Positions 1-11,712 of a DNA stretch of 35,739 nucleotides are shown here, one piece after another. This stretch comes from Catajapyx aquilonaris (lineage: Eukaryota): positions 1 through 35,739 of the forward strand of contig KZ539035.1 in NCBI GenBank assembly GCA_000934665.2, in the 5' to 3' direction. Under the pieces are notes generated by a model, which did not search any database, was not told where the DNA came from, and saw nothing but the letters and a program-made list of their open reading frames with translations. Every line of letters starts with the position of its first letter. The first letter of the stretch is position 1. The translations under genes and the position numbers were made by a program.

Positions 1-282
1 CCACTTCCACCCGCCTCCAACCCCTCCTCGACCGCTCTTATCCCCCCCCTGCCCCCCTTGCCGTCTTCCCCAGCCCTCCCCATCCCTGACCTGGCCACTC
101 CTCTCCTCCGACTCCTCGCTGGCTGTGCGACCGCAATGGCGTAAACGGATAGTACGAATCGAGTGCCCGGCAGAAAATTAGTTCGCGCGAACTGGAGTCA
201 CTTCCAGACGGTATAAACACACCTTTAGGGGGGAAGTTTGTTTTGCCTGGAACTCTTTGCTTTTCATTTTACTGTGCTCTTT

Positions 283-469
283 GGGATAGGATAGGGACGG
301 AAGGAAGTGGCTGTGGCCTATTAATTACGGAAGCAACTCCGGGATTTCCCTGGAAGGACTGTGGGAAACCACAGAAAACCACGGTCAGAATTGCCGGCCC
401 CGGGATCCGAACCCGGGACCTCCCGATTAGCAGTCGGACGCCTTATCCACTATGCCAACCTGCTTCGGT
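283..469 (-). mobile_element. tRNA-derived SINE, family 1 (3' end unclear)
   Basis: Minus-strand head ACCGAAGCAGG-TTGGCATAGTGG (A box)...CCGACTGCTAATCGG...GGTTCGGATCC (B box), with a body homologous to the copies at 15804-16422 and 33405-33825. Confidence 0.85.
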
Positions 470-1105
470 TATTATTATCCATTATTGATGACAGTCATGT
501 CACTGTAGCCAAGAGGTTAAAAGAGGCACTGACATACTTCCTGGCTCTCTACCTGTTATTCGAGCTGCTTTGTTCCTTCTTGGGGCTCGGTACCAGTGCC
601 TGCTATGGGTCACCCCGGGTGCGGACCTGCCTCACTTCTGCCCCCAGGAATGGGATGGCAGGAGTGGGAATGAGTCTTTTAGGCCTTTCCCACCCCTGTC
701 ACACGATATAAGCGCTGTGTCCATGTGTCTTTGCAGGCAAACACAACTCCCATGATTCTGAGGCCTTCTTGGCTATAAAATGCAGCCGAAATCCCTACCC
801 CTTACTCATCACAATGAAGAAACATGCACCAGAAATTCAACATCTGCAAGCCATGATAAACATTTTAAATTTGGTGGTATATTTTTTGTAATTAATTTCA
901 TTACTGTCTTCAGGTTTGTGTGGCCCCTCAGGTTCATCATCAAAATTAATGTCCTGCTACGTAACAAATTAACGTAGTGACAGCAATTATTACCAGATCC
1001 CTCAGAAATTCACTGTCCAAAGTGTAATCATATTTATTTCCGTTGTTAACTGTCAAAATAATCAGCTTCAACTCTCGTGTCCTCCTAACTCCATTGTTAC
1101 TATTC

Positions 1106-1194
1106 ATAATTCCAGGGTTCAGGAGAAGAAGGTGATAACTCAATTCCGACCCATTTGAGGGTTATCACCTTCTACTCCCGAACCCTTCAATTAT
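1106..1194. repeat. Imperfect hairpin, probable MITE relic
   Basis: agggttcaggagaagaaggtgataac pairs with gttatcaccttctactcccgaaccct. Confidence 0.6.
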
Positions 1195-1652
1195 CCATTC
1201 TAAAGTCCAGTTAATCTTAAAGGAGATTTTTTATAACATTTTGTTTATTACTCAATCGCTCCACTTTTTTGGGGTAGGCAAACTTCATTGGAGTTGGGCA
1301 AGTATACATGATGATGAAATGCCAAACCTCCCAGTTCAAGATGGTGGCAAAGAAAATTGAATGAGATTATGCTTATCCCAGCAACCAGTTTAAAAATAAG
1401 CAATCCATTGAGAGCAAATCTCAGTGCCACATTCACAAGTTGTGATTGTTGCATGTCTTTAAAACTGGCTGCTGTGATAAGCAATCCATAACTTCTAACC
1501 CACTGCTTGAACTGGGGACTTGGGCATTGCACCACGATGTGTTTTGTGCATCGAAATTAATCTTCATTTTAAATTTGACATGCAAATGATTAAATAATCT
1601 GCTACTCCTACAAGCAGAAAAAAATTCTCCCATGTTAGTTGTGCATACCAAC

Positions 1653-2102
1653 CTGTGGCGCCATAAGAACTTTGTGCGCCTGCGGTGCAGCAGCACCAAC
1701 TTGCACAGTGGTAGCACCACCAGCAGCCATTTGTGCTGCCATCTGCGCTGGAGGTGGCAGAATAATTATGGTCTTGGAGCCAGCTACCTGCTGTTGAGCC
1801 CCTGCTGTCGCCAGCAGCACTGTTGTAGCAGTTCCTCCAGCTGAAGCAGTCCCTGATGTGGCTGGTGCAGCTAGAAGGACCTGCTGTTGTGCAGTTGTTC
1901 CTGTCGTGTTAGTGGTGCCAGTTGTAGCAGCCCGAGGCAAGAAGGCTTGCTGGATGACCACTTGTCCCAGTTGGCCAAGTTGGCTTAACTGACTCGGAGT
2001 CACTACAAACTGGCGGGGAACCAAAACCTGTCTGGTGGTAGTAGCACCAGATGCTGTTGCCACATTGGACACACTGGCTCCACCATTCAAGAGGACCTGA
2101 AC
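1653..2102 (-). CDS. ARID2: Internal coding exon C (450 nt, phase 0/0) of probable ARID2/BAP170
   Basis: Acceptor ttctgtttgcAG|GTT and donor CAG|GTtggt. Open frame with Q/V/A/T-rich low complexity, in phase with exon B (QPIQ|VQVLLNG). Confidence 0.75.
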
Positions 2103-2463
2103 CTGCAAACAGAATATCTATTAACATGTATAATATATTATTATCAGCCATTCCTCACTGTATACTATGTAGCTTATTTGGACCGTGTTATGCAATAATG
2201 GGTCAATCCTCAAAGTTGAGTTAATCCCTGTAACACAGACACAAAGAATCGTTCTTCATTCAGTAAAAATGAAATAGTCGAAATCTGCATACAGCTGCCA
2301 TTAATTGACTGAAAAGTTAACCAACAAATGGTGTGTAGGAGGACTGGGATCTGCAATGAGTTAACCGTCCCCTCATAAGGCAGTTGCAAGACAGAGTCTG
2401 ACACAACATATGCTCTTGAGTGAGGAAAGCAAGAGAGTCAGCTCTACAGTGTCTTTAAATACA

Positions 2464-2740
2464 CGAGGGCGAGTCAAAACTAATTGGGACTGATTTTTTA
2501 TGTGATAGTAAGTTCATGACTTTTAGTGAGTGACATCATGTCCAGAATGGCTTGAAGTTATTAGATCACCAATTTTTGTTCGAATATTCTAAAATCCCAA
2601 GCGACAGTGACACCGGAAGTAGGCCTTGGTTTATATTCGCCTCCGCTCTTCCAGGAGGTTGGCGGTGAGGGCCAATATTCAGTGTTGAAGAAAACAGCCA
2701 CAGAGGTCTATAACATGCCAAGATTGTGAACAGCAGATAC
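2464..2740. mobile_element. Truncated mariner-like MITE (left end and interior)
   Basis: CGAGGGCGAGTCAAAAC...TGATTTTTTATGTGATAG and the interior match the complete copy at 9734-10175. No right TIR found; right boundary approximate. Confidence 0.7.
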
Positions 2741-3397
2741 TGGTCACCATGTGAGACCACAAGACATTGAAACTCTTCACAAACCTCCACCCGCATCTGC
2801 CTCTCCTATGCACAGCCTGTCCTAACGCGGGATTGCTTGGATAAAAATGGAAAAACCAAATTGGCAGAGTCGTGTCAAATCTGCCCTAATGTAAGAAAGG
2901 AATGTCTGAAGAATAATAAAAATCGCTTTGGTAGGTGCAATCGAGAAGGGTTTTATACCAGGCAGGTACTCAAGTCGAGTGTTCGCCTGCCACCTTTTTG
3001 TGTCTATTCAGGCTCATCCGGATTTGAAGCTGTGCATAAAATACCTCTAGCTGTACTGCTTACTCCCATGTAGCGATTTGAAAATGACCTTGAAATACCG
3101 GTGCCCGTCGTTCTTTTGTCAAGACTTCCATTATTCACATGTCATAACATTCCTTTCATTTTAAATTGAATCGCCACCATTCCCTATCACAACAATGGGG
3201 GGGGGGGGNNNNNNNNNNNNNNNNNNNNGGGGAGGAGGAGGAGGAGAGGAGAGAGGTTTTCTGATGCTGCTCATCATTACTCCCAATCTCAGGCCACACA
3301 GTGATGCCACTTTATATACTTTACATGCAGTAGTTCAAATTATACAGTCTGTGAAACTTCATATACATAAATATGCACCACCCTGTCAGGCTATAAA

Positions 3398-3925
3398 CAG
3401 GGTGTTTACGAGCTAACTTTACAAACTTGTAGGGGTAATAGAGGGGACCAAGACAAACATATTTCACATAGGAACCCGTGTCCGGAAACGCCATCTAGAG
3501 GGGGTTCATAGAGAAGGAACGGGTGCGCTCAGACACGTCACGTGGGAGGCGCTAACGAGTGGACCATTTAGTTGCTAGGTGGCGCGTGGATTGTACACAA
3601 CTTTGCAATTCGCCATAACTTGGCAACAACAGAGTTGTTGTTTATTATCTGTGCGCTACCTAGCATGCAGACTTTAGTTATTAGGTGGTTCTGTTGTTAC
3701 CAGGTTATTGTGAATTGCGAAGTTGTGTACAATCTGCGCGCCACCTAGCAACTAAACGGTCCGCTCGTTAGCGCCTCCCACGTGACGCGTCTGAGTGCAC
3801 CCGTTCCTCGTCTATGAACCCCCTCTAGATGGCGTTTCCGGACACGGGTTCCTATGTGAAATATGTTTGTCTTGGTCCCCTCTATTATCCCTAGAAGTTT
3901 GTAAAGGTAGCTCGTAAACACCCTG
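3398..3925. mobile_element. Tc1/mariner-type palindromic MITE (CAGGGTG ends)
   Basis: Inverted arms of about 235 bp, CAGGGTGTTTACGAGC...GCTCGTAAACACCCTG. TA on the right, AA on the left. Related to 6027-6588. Confidence 0.9.
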
Positions 3926-4190
3926 TATACATCATATTTGAATCTTGGAGCATTTGCATCCTGCATGATGAGGGAGCACTAAGAAGGTTGCAGATGTTAA
4001 GATGGCCCACAAAATGCTGCCTAATGTAGTTCCACCAACAGAAGTAGCAGAGTCACGCAATGACCTCCAGATTTGTCGAATAGATCCTCACATGTGCCAG
4101 TCAAATGACAGCAGCAATCATTTGCTTCTCGTGGAATCATGACGTCACCCACCCTGCAACCTAACTTTCCCCCCGATTTGTGTAAAGGTA

Positions 4191-5286
4191 GGGTAAACCA
4201 TACAGTGATGGCCAGTTTAGTGTATTGGTCTCAGTAATACATGAATACCCTCACCTTTTCTTTTCACGTAGATGTTCTAAAATTGTTTTCTAATGACGGA
4301 GGTTGTCCCCATTCACACTGCATCAAATTCACACAAATCTATCAGAATGTGTATCTACATTTAAATGCACAAAATATCCTACCTAAAAGACAGTAATGGC
4401 CACCCATCCAGATAGTATTGGCCATGTGTCAAGATAGTGATGGCCATGGCAGCAAACAATAAGCTATCTACAGTAGGGACCAAAGTAGGGACCCCATCGG
4501 TATTAGGAAGGTAAGCCAAACTGATGTGAGATAAAGCCACACAAAAGCCAATACAGGATGTGAGGAAATATCACTGATTATCTTATTTTTCAAGTATTCG
4601 TCCCATACAAGAATAGGCTTTGGCCGTTACACACAATAAGATAAGCCTATGGATTTTCTATTGCTGCGTATTTCCTCCTAAATCATTGCTGTCATTTCTC
4701 GCCAAGAATAACTCGCGTGATCATCATACTTAGGCCAACATATGTGCATTCAATTTTTTAAAGCCTTACACAGTAATGCTCATGGCATGGCCATCACTAT
4801 GAAAAGTCATGAAATGCTGGACAGTCATGGCCATCCTAATGAATTCATACTCCTGAACAAAGGGGTTCGTTTCAATCCCATGCTTCAATAAAGCACTTCT
4901 AGACCAATAATTTCATATACCTCACATTGTTTTCTGGATACACTTACAATGCAAGAAAGTCCGTAAGAAAAAAGTTGACATTTCCAGCTGCATTCCAACA
5001 TGGCCAGTAGGTCTCTGTGTCAGATGCCATTACTGCTCTTGCAATGCCCGCTGTGGATTGATTTTCAACCTAGTTCATGCCACGGACCACAGGTGTCACA
5101 CCATCATTTCTTCATGCTATGGCATTTACACAGCCTATTTCTTAAAGAACCAAGGCGCATGGGCCATCACTGTACTATATCGCCCAAAAAGATAGAGACG
5201 ATTGGCATTTGATTCAAGTGCAAGTTGCACTTGAGTCAAATGCAAAATCGTCTCTATCTTTTTGGGCGATATAGTACAATTTACCC
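4191..5286. mobile_element. TA-flanked TIR element with subterminal AGT(G/A/C)ATGGCCA repeats
   Basis: Left TA|GGGTAAACCATACAGTGATGGCC. Right GGCCATCACTGTACAATTTACCC|TA once the 5175-5274 insertion is removed. The TIR core motif recurs internally at about 4393, 4436, 4788 and 4823. Confidence 0.8.
5175..5274. mobile_element. 100-bp palindromic mini-MITE with TA TSD
   Basis: TA|CTATATCGCCCAAAAAGATAGAGACGATT...AATCGTCTCTATCTTTTTGGGCGATATAG|TA. Removing it restores the host TIR. Confidence 0.9.
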
Positions 5287-5362
5287 TACCCCGGCTATGT
5301 AAAGCATCCTCTTCTGACGGTATATGAAATGCATTACATTCCTCAATACACCTACCTCTACC

Positions 5363-5600
5363 CAGTGGTTCCCAACCTTTTTTCATCGTGACCCTATCTA
5401 CAACATTCCCCGCCCCCCTCCACCGAGTCCTGGTTTTTTTAGAAAAGTTTTATTACAAAAACGGTCAACCACGCAGTGTTTGTCGATTTGAGTTTATTAT
5501 CCCCCTAAAATTTTCCTTCTTTGCCCAATTCTTTCCTTCTATTTTTGCTTTTTTCCTGGCGTTCTGGCGACCCTTAAAAACATGCTGACGACCCTATTTT
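5363..5600. mobile_element. hAT-like MITE left-end fragment
   Basis: Starts CAGTGGTTCCCAACCTTTT, a hAT/Charlie-type terminus, with repeated CGACCC-like motifs. Partner end not found. Confidence 0.45.
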
Positions 5601-5789
5601 GCGCAAATTTTATAAACAAACTTCCTAATAGAGATATATTAGATACCACTACCTTTACAACCAAAACACAACCGGGCAACCTGATAGTCATTGATAAACA
5701 CTGTTAATTTTTGAAAATAGAAACATGTGCAGCAAGGGTAGAAGGGCCTGTCAAGGCAGGACATTTTCGCCCTTTTATGATGTCCTGTG

Positions 5790-6000
5790 CAGGCGTGTAG
5801 GCAGAAAATTTTCTGAGGGGGCCCCATTTCATAAGCACAAGGTGGAAGAGCTATAGAGGGCGTGGAGCAAGCCCACCACAGGTTTTTTGTTTGTTTGTTC
5901 AAGGTCACACGAGCTTAGGTGAATGTGGGAGATTTGAATGGGTGTATATTTGATGAAATTGGTAGCACTTTTTCCAAAAAATCATGAATTAGTAATTTCT
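5790..6000. repeat. Dispersed repeat module, inverted homologue of about 28040-28250
   Basis: GTTCAAGGTCACACGAGCTTAGGTGAATGTGGGAGATTTGAATGGGTGT...TCATGAATTAGTAATTT is the reverse complement of 28040-28143 with few mismatches. Confidence 0.85.
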
Positions 6001-6026
6001 AATGCTATTTCAAACTGTCCTGTATA

Positions 6027-6588
6027 CAGGGTGTAAATGAATTAAACCGACAAACTTCTAGGGGTGATAGAGGGGACCAAGACAAACATTTTTGACATAG
6101 GAAACCGTGTCCGGAAACGCCATCTAGAGGGGGTTCATAGACAAGGAACGGGTGCGCTCAGACGCGTCACGCGTGAGGTGCTAGGCGAGCGGACTGTTTT
6201 GTTGATAGACGGGGCTCGGATAGTAACCAACGATACGATGTGCCATAACCTGGCAACAGCAGAGCCATCTAGCAACTAAAGTCGGCCTCCTAGGAGACGT
6301 GCGGATAGTCAACAGCGGTTCTGTTGTTGCCAGGTTATGGCGTATCGTGTTGTTGTTTACTTACAACGACGCGATACGCCATAACCTGGCAACAACTGCT
6401 CGCCATCTATCAACAAAACAGTCCGCTCGACTTGCGCCTCTCACGTGACGCGTCTGAACGCACCCGTTCCTCCTCTATGAACCCCCTCTAGATGGCATTT
6501 CCGGACACGGTTTTCTATGTCAAAAATGTTTGTTTTGGTCCCCTCTATCACCCCTAGAAGTTTGTCGGTTGAATTCATTTACACCCTG
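6027..6588. mobile_element. Tc1/mariner-type palindromic MITE (CAGGGTG ends), second subfamily
   Basis: TA|CAGGGTGTAAATGAATT...AATTCATTTACACCCTG|TA with long inverted arms. Arms homologous to 3398-3925. Confidence 0.92.
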
Positions 6589-6648
6589 TATAGTCGCAGT
6601 CCGCCAATTTAATAGCCCTGGCCCAGAGAGCACTGCTACACATACGCC

Positions 6649-7087
6649 CAGAGGCGTACCTAGGGGGTGGCCAAATGGGCCCCCTCCAAGGGCGCAACCC
6701 GATGGGGGGCGCCGAAGAGGCGCCCCTTCCGAAGATACGCCTTCTTACAAAGATTCGGTACCAGTCCCCGGACACTCCCCACTTTTGCACTGTTCTATGG
6801 GTTCTTCTCCGTTTTGCGGTTGCGACTCCAAATTTGGGGTCGCGGTCAAGAGTTGTGACCTTGAACCAGGAAAAAAAATTCGGCTGCGGCGGGCCCTGCG
6901 CCCCCGCCCCCCCCCACCCCGAGAAGTTCCCTTGTGCCCCTCCCAGAAAAAAATCCTGGATCCGCCTCTGTCAGCTCTTATTTGCGGGAAAGAAATTTTT
7001 CTAGAGACGTGCTGNGGGGGGGGGGGGTGGGGGGGGCGCCGGTAGAGCTTCTTGCCAAGGGCGCCAGGTAACCTAGGTACCCCCCTG
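6649..7087. mobile_element. hAT-like MITE
   Basis: 16-bp TIRs CAGAGGCGTACCTAGG / CCTAGGTACCCCCCTG (14/16) and a perfect 8-bp TSD CATACGCC (6641-6648, 7088-7095). Confidence 0.9.
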
Positions 7088-7623
7088 CATACGCCTTCTT
7101 TAGATATTTCTGGCAACTCTACTGACTGGATAGACTATTGCTATTGGTTGACTCACTCGGGCTGGTGCACCACATTTCAGGACATTGAAAGAAAGCCGTA
7201 CATTTTTGGTGCGTCACCAGTGGGTAGGAAGGTGGCCTGCATACCACCCTCTGATCCGGAAGCTCTCACCACACCCTTCCACCCTCTGGCCTTGAACTTC
7301 CATATACCCCATAAAATGGTCTAATTTCATCCCTGCATGGGAGCTGAAAGTGGGGAATGGATCACAATGCTGCTCAAACAATAACACACGAACATGAATG
7401 AATTTTTGTCAGCGGACTTACATTTAGCTGAACAAAACTTAGCGGAAGCTAATTGGTCCGCTTGCGCGTTATGAAGTTAGCTGGGAAACAAATCTGCTAG
7501 CCCAAAAGTTAGTTCTGCTATTAGCTGTTAGCTGATTAGCGGCGCTAATGCCCACCTCTGGCGGGATGGGGCTAACACGTTGCGTTGGTGAGATATGGAA
7601 ATTTTTAAAAAATATGGTTATGT

Positions 7624-7905
7624 GGGGAGGTGTGGTGGCCGAGATGGTAATGACGTCTCGGCTTGCTGAGTGAAAGGTCCCAGGTTCGATCCCCGCCTGG
7701 GAGTTCCCTTTCACCTGCGTCGGGAGGGTGTCTGGCAACCGAACCTCATGGTGAACAGCACACGACCCCTTTACAGACCTTCCCTCCCCAAAAATCCCTA
7801 TCCTTACCATGTCTCCTCGTTTCCTTGCACTGTGAAAAACTTAAGGTGGTGTGCCACCCCCTTTATAACGGCTTATAGTTGAATCACAGGATTTAAAAAA
7901 CAAAC
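7624..7905 (+). mobile_element. tRNA-derived SINE, family 2
   Basis: A box TGGCCGAGATGG, B box GGTTCGATCCC, A-rich tail, and 11-bp TSD TATGGTTATGT/TATGATTATGT. Confidence 0.85.
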
Positions 7906-8467
7906 TATGATTATGTCATGCATGAGTCATTGATGAGTCATGAGGGGAGAGTAGCGGTGGCCAGAGAGTTAACGAACGCGGACAATGAGGAGTCCAGTGT
8001 ATGTACAAATCATAAAAATGGTACGACTCTATATGGACAAAATGTTTATCCTGTTCTCAACCCCTAGGTCACCAGCATGTTTGTAGGGGTGATGGAGGAA
8101 GTCCGGGAAATGGGAATCAAAATAAAATAAAAAAGAGAAGAAAAAAAACAAAGCAAAGTAGGAACGTTTTAGGGGGGAAATTCACATCAAATCTACGTAA
8201 GCATTGCACCTGGCTGAACATTCTGGTAGTAATTAAAACAATTAATTTAAGAATTGGGACGGGTCACACGAGTCACCAGAGGTCCAGAACAGGATGTCCA
8301 TAGGGTTTCGTTGAAATAAGGTTGGGAATAATGCTGGATAATCAGGATCAACATTTTGTGCATCGAGTCGTGCCATTCTTTATGAACGAGATTGTACCCA
8401 TCAAAGCACGGGACAGATGCTGACTTTTGTTTCCTTATCCTTTTATGCTTGGGTTTTTTAAACTTAC

Positions 8468-9382
8468 CTGGATGGGCTGTGACACCCCACCAGCATTCAG
8501 TATGGCTGCTGTAGTAGTCACAACACCTGAATTCAAAATGGCAGCTGCTGTGGTGGCCACAGTGGGGTGCATAATAGTGGCTGCTGTTGTTGCTGTGCAT
8601 GGGTTCAAGATTGCAGCTGTTGTAGTGGCAACTCCTGGATTCAAGATAGCTGCGGTTGGAACTCCTTGAACTGTTGTATTTGACACAGCATTGATAATGG
8701 CAGTTGCATTTGGAACAGAATTCGCTGCAGGCGTAACAGGTGAAACTTCCATCCTAGCAACTTTGGCAGGTGGAGCCGCAATTGCATTTCCACCTCCAGG
8801 ATGTTGCCTCTTCCCAGATCCATTCTCGACTAGTTCCAATCCCCGCTCACTGATTCGCAGCTCCCTTGCCATTACCCCATTTGGAGGAGTTCCAGCCACC
8901 TTCCGTTCCAATAAGTCTGCCAGTAAGCCTTTTCCACCTGTACTGCCACCTGCTTTGCTATTACTTGATGATGATGATGTAGATGATCCTGCACCTGCAC
9001 CATCAAGTAGGTCAATACCATGAGGAACGCCATTCTGAAGGAGTCCCTCAAAGCTTGTCAGTGAGTTGTCACCATCTGGCTCTGATGCAGATGATGGGGC
9101 TGTACCAGTGGATGCTAATGAGTTAGAATCCTCAACTGGAGCTGATAGAGGAGCTGTTGGAGCTGGAATGGGTTCAGGCTCTAGGTCCTCATCTAAAACG
9201 CCAGCTGCGGCAGCGGCTGCCCGAATTATGCATTCCTCAGGAGGCACTGTATCAGTGTGGGTGCCATTCACCTGTGGTGGTTTTGATGGAGGGTCTGATG
9301 GCACCATCAGCTGTTGTTGTTGTTGTTGTTGTTGTTGTTCCTGCTGCTGTTGCTGTTGTTGCTGCCTCTGCCGCTGTGCCAC
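8468..9382 (-). CDS. ARID2: Internal coding exon B (915 nt, phase 0/0) of probable ARID2/BAP170
   Basis: Longest ORF in the window. Acceptor tttttatgtAG|GTG and consensus donor CAG|GTAAGT. Encodes polyQ, NSLTSFEGLLQNG, the LxxLL motif LLADLL and a 12-aa repeat. The exon is well supported; the gene name less so. Confidence 0.8.
8492..8653 (-). repeat. Coding 36-bp tandem repeat, about 4.5 units
   Basis: Translates to AAILNPGVATTT/AAILNPCTATTA/ATIMHPTVATTA/AAILNSGVVTTT/AAILNA. Confidence 0.9.
9311..9373 (-). repeat. Coding CAA/CAG microsatellite (polyQ)
   Basis: QRQQQQQQQQEQQQQQQQQQ at the start of exon B. Confidence 0.95.
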
Positions 9383-9733
9383 CTACATAAAAATTAAATT
9401 AATCTTACCAAATCAGTTCAAATGAGGCAGGTTTTAAATAATAATAATAAACTCTAAATGAGCTGGAACTAATAATCTTGCTTTTCCCTCACATCGATTA
9501 AAACCTATCAAGGGCAGTTTGTCTGGAAAATCTCCATTTATGTACAGGGAGTCCCCATTTTATGATGAGGGTTAGGTTTCAGCAAAACAGGACCACAAAA
9601 AATGAGGACTACCTGCATTCACAATTCATAATCAAAGACTTTTTTCTTAAATTGTGTTTACACAACTGGCTGTGTGGCTGATACATACTTATTGCTACAA
9701 AAAAAAAAGACACTCAGGCTGGTAATATTAGTA

Positions 9734-10175
9734 CAAGGGCAAGTCAAAACAAATTCAGGCTGATTTTTTATGTGATAGAGAATTAGTTCATGACTCTCTG
9801 TGCATGGCATTTTAGGACGAAAGGCAATGCCGGGCCGTCCTCCGTAAACATTAAATTAAATGTGTGTGGCAGTGTGTCCAGAATGGCTTGAAGTATTAGA
9901 ACACCAATTTTTGTTAATATATTCCACGATCCCAGAAGACCGTGCCACCAGGAGTATTCGCCTCTATTCTGCCAGAAGGTTGGCAGTGAGGAACCATATT
10001 CAGTGTTGTGGTTTTGCTTCTCTTTGAAAACTACAGCCAGGGATGCATACGAAGTGCTCTGAGAGGAGATTATCCAGCAACAACCGTGCAGTCATTAACC
10101 TGGATAATCAGGAGTGCAGTGTAATTCTCTTTATCGCATAAAAAATCCGCACCAATTTGTTTTGACTTGCCCTCG
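9734..10175. mobile_element. Mariner-like MITE
   Basis: TA|CAAGGGCAAGTCAAAACAAATT...AATTTGTTTTGACTTGCCCTCG|TA. Confidence 0.85.
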
Positions 10176-10496
10176 TAGTTGCCATTCCAATTTCTCTTAA
10201 TAAATGACAAGTCAATAGTTATATCATCAATTATTCTGTCATATATTAAGGCAAGCAAAGACATATAATCAGAACATTGAACTGGGATTCTATGCCTATG
10301 ATTATTTTAGGTGCAAAATGTAATAAAAACCACAACTTCTATGTAGAAACACCAGAAGTAGCATCATCATTTTTTTTTTGGAGGGGGGGGGGGGTGCCTA
10401 CAAATATCAGGCTATTGCAACCATATAGCAGGGCCGCAACTGGGGGGGGGGGGGGGGGGGNGGGGGTCAGGGGGCACCGCCCCCTGACTCATTTTA

Positions 10497-11002
10497 TTCG
10501 ACTTATAGAAGTTTTACTGTAATAGGAAATAAACTTCCCTAACTCGAATTTCCATAACTCGAAGTGCAGGCAGGGCCTTACGATGGGATATCAATGCATT
10601 TTCAGTCTCCCTAAAATCCAAGTTCATGTTGGCGAGTACGGAAAATTGTCTCATTTCCCAGCCGAAGGGTCGAGAGTAGGCCACATGTTCAGAAAGGCTC
10701 AATTTCCTGATCTCCGTCTACCAGACGTACCGAAAGAAGTGTTTGACTGTGACAATTGAATCCTTGAGTCTAAGAGTAGGCAAATGAGATTTTTTTTACA
10801 ATAAAACAGTGAGGAAAATTGTATGTGTGATAGTGACAGTTATTTTTTAAAGTTTTGAACACCTTTCGTCGCTGGATATAAAGGTAGGCTTCCTTATAGA
10901 GTTATGGGCTTAAAAAATTCCAAACTTCCCTAACTCAAATCTCCTATAACTCGAAGTTTTTTCCCTGGTCCCATGAAGATTCGACTTATACAAGATTTAC
11001 TG
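10497..11002. mobile_element. pogo/Tigger-like MITE, rearranged inverted copy of 29067-29625
   Basis: 10521-11002 is the reverse complement of about 29067-29550 and ends ...TTTACTG|TA. The other TIR (10497-10519) is in the same orientation rather than inverted. Confidence 0.85.
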
Positions 11003-11063
11003 TATCTGTGAATGTGATAGGTTCCAAAATTTCAAATATTTTCCCACAGACAGTAATAATATC

Positions 11064-11712
11064 TAGAGTCCAGATTTTTAGGCACATGCCTATTTAGTTC
11101 CTGAACAGTTGGGATGGTTTTGTGGAGAGATCTATCCGTTTCATTAGTGCAGGATATGGAAAATGTTGGCTTTATAGTGCCTAAAATGGCCTGCGATTTT
11201 TCATGCCTATTTGGCCTTTTTTGGGATAGTTTTGAACTTTTTGAAGCAATTTCGGGGCTTTTTGGGCCTATTACGGGTCTTTCCTTCAGAGGCATGTTCG
11301 GTTTTTTGAGGAGTATTTTTTTGTGCTCCTGAAAGGACCACAATCGCTCAGAAGTAATACGAATCATGTTTCCGTGACACATATGCCAAATATTTTTCCT
11401 AATTTTCCTCTGATTGGAAAAATATTTGGCAACATATTGTGCAAGTCTGGTGCAAGTGGAAACTGGCTATAAGCGGTAGTAAGAGTCCACAGCAAGTGAT
11501 ACTTGCTTGCACTTTGTGTCTTTTGCCCAAGTTTAGTGAGTTTCTGTAAGTTTATCGTTGTTATTCGATTTTTGCTCTGGTTTGCGACTTTATATTTATA
11601 CAAAAAATTATTCTGGCTTTTTTATTTTCTGTAACATTCCTTCATATGACCAAAAAAGTAAACTTTTTGTGCCTATTCGAGGGTTTTTTCGTGCCTAAAA
11701 ATCTAGACTCTT
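11064..11712. mobile_element. hAT-like non-autonomous element (TAGAG end)
   Basis: TIRs TAGAGTCCAGATTTTTAGGCAC / GTGCCTAAAAATCTAGACTCTT and a perfect 8-bp TSD ATAATATC (11056-11063, 11713-11720). Confidence 0.9.

Noticed and set aside
130..227. PIF/Harbinger-like right end (...TATAAACACACCT|TTA)
   Set aside because: The partner end would lie outside the window and cannot be verified.
7624..7700. tRNA genes (also the GCT-loop heads at about 400-469, 16350-16422 and 33405-33485)
   Set aside because: The acceptor stems are poor and the heads continue into shared bodies, mostly with tails and TSDs, so they are SINEs.
8435..9382. 315-aa ORF as a stand-alone gene (likewise 1635-2108 and 31814-32224)
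   Set aside because: The listed starts and stops lie at or beyond clear splice sites; these are internal exons.
8427..9425. Plus-strand ORFs, including the poly-Cys and poly-Val ones
   Set aside because: They are antisense shadows of exon B and its CAA/CAG repeat.
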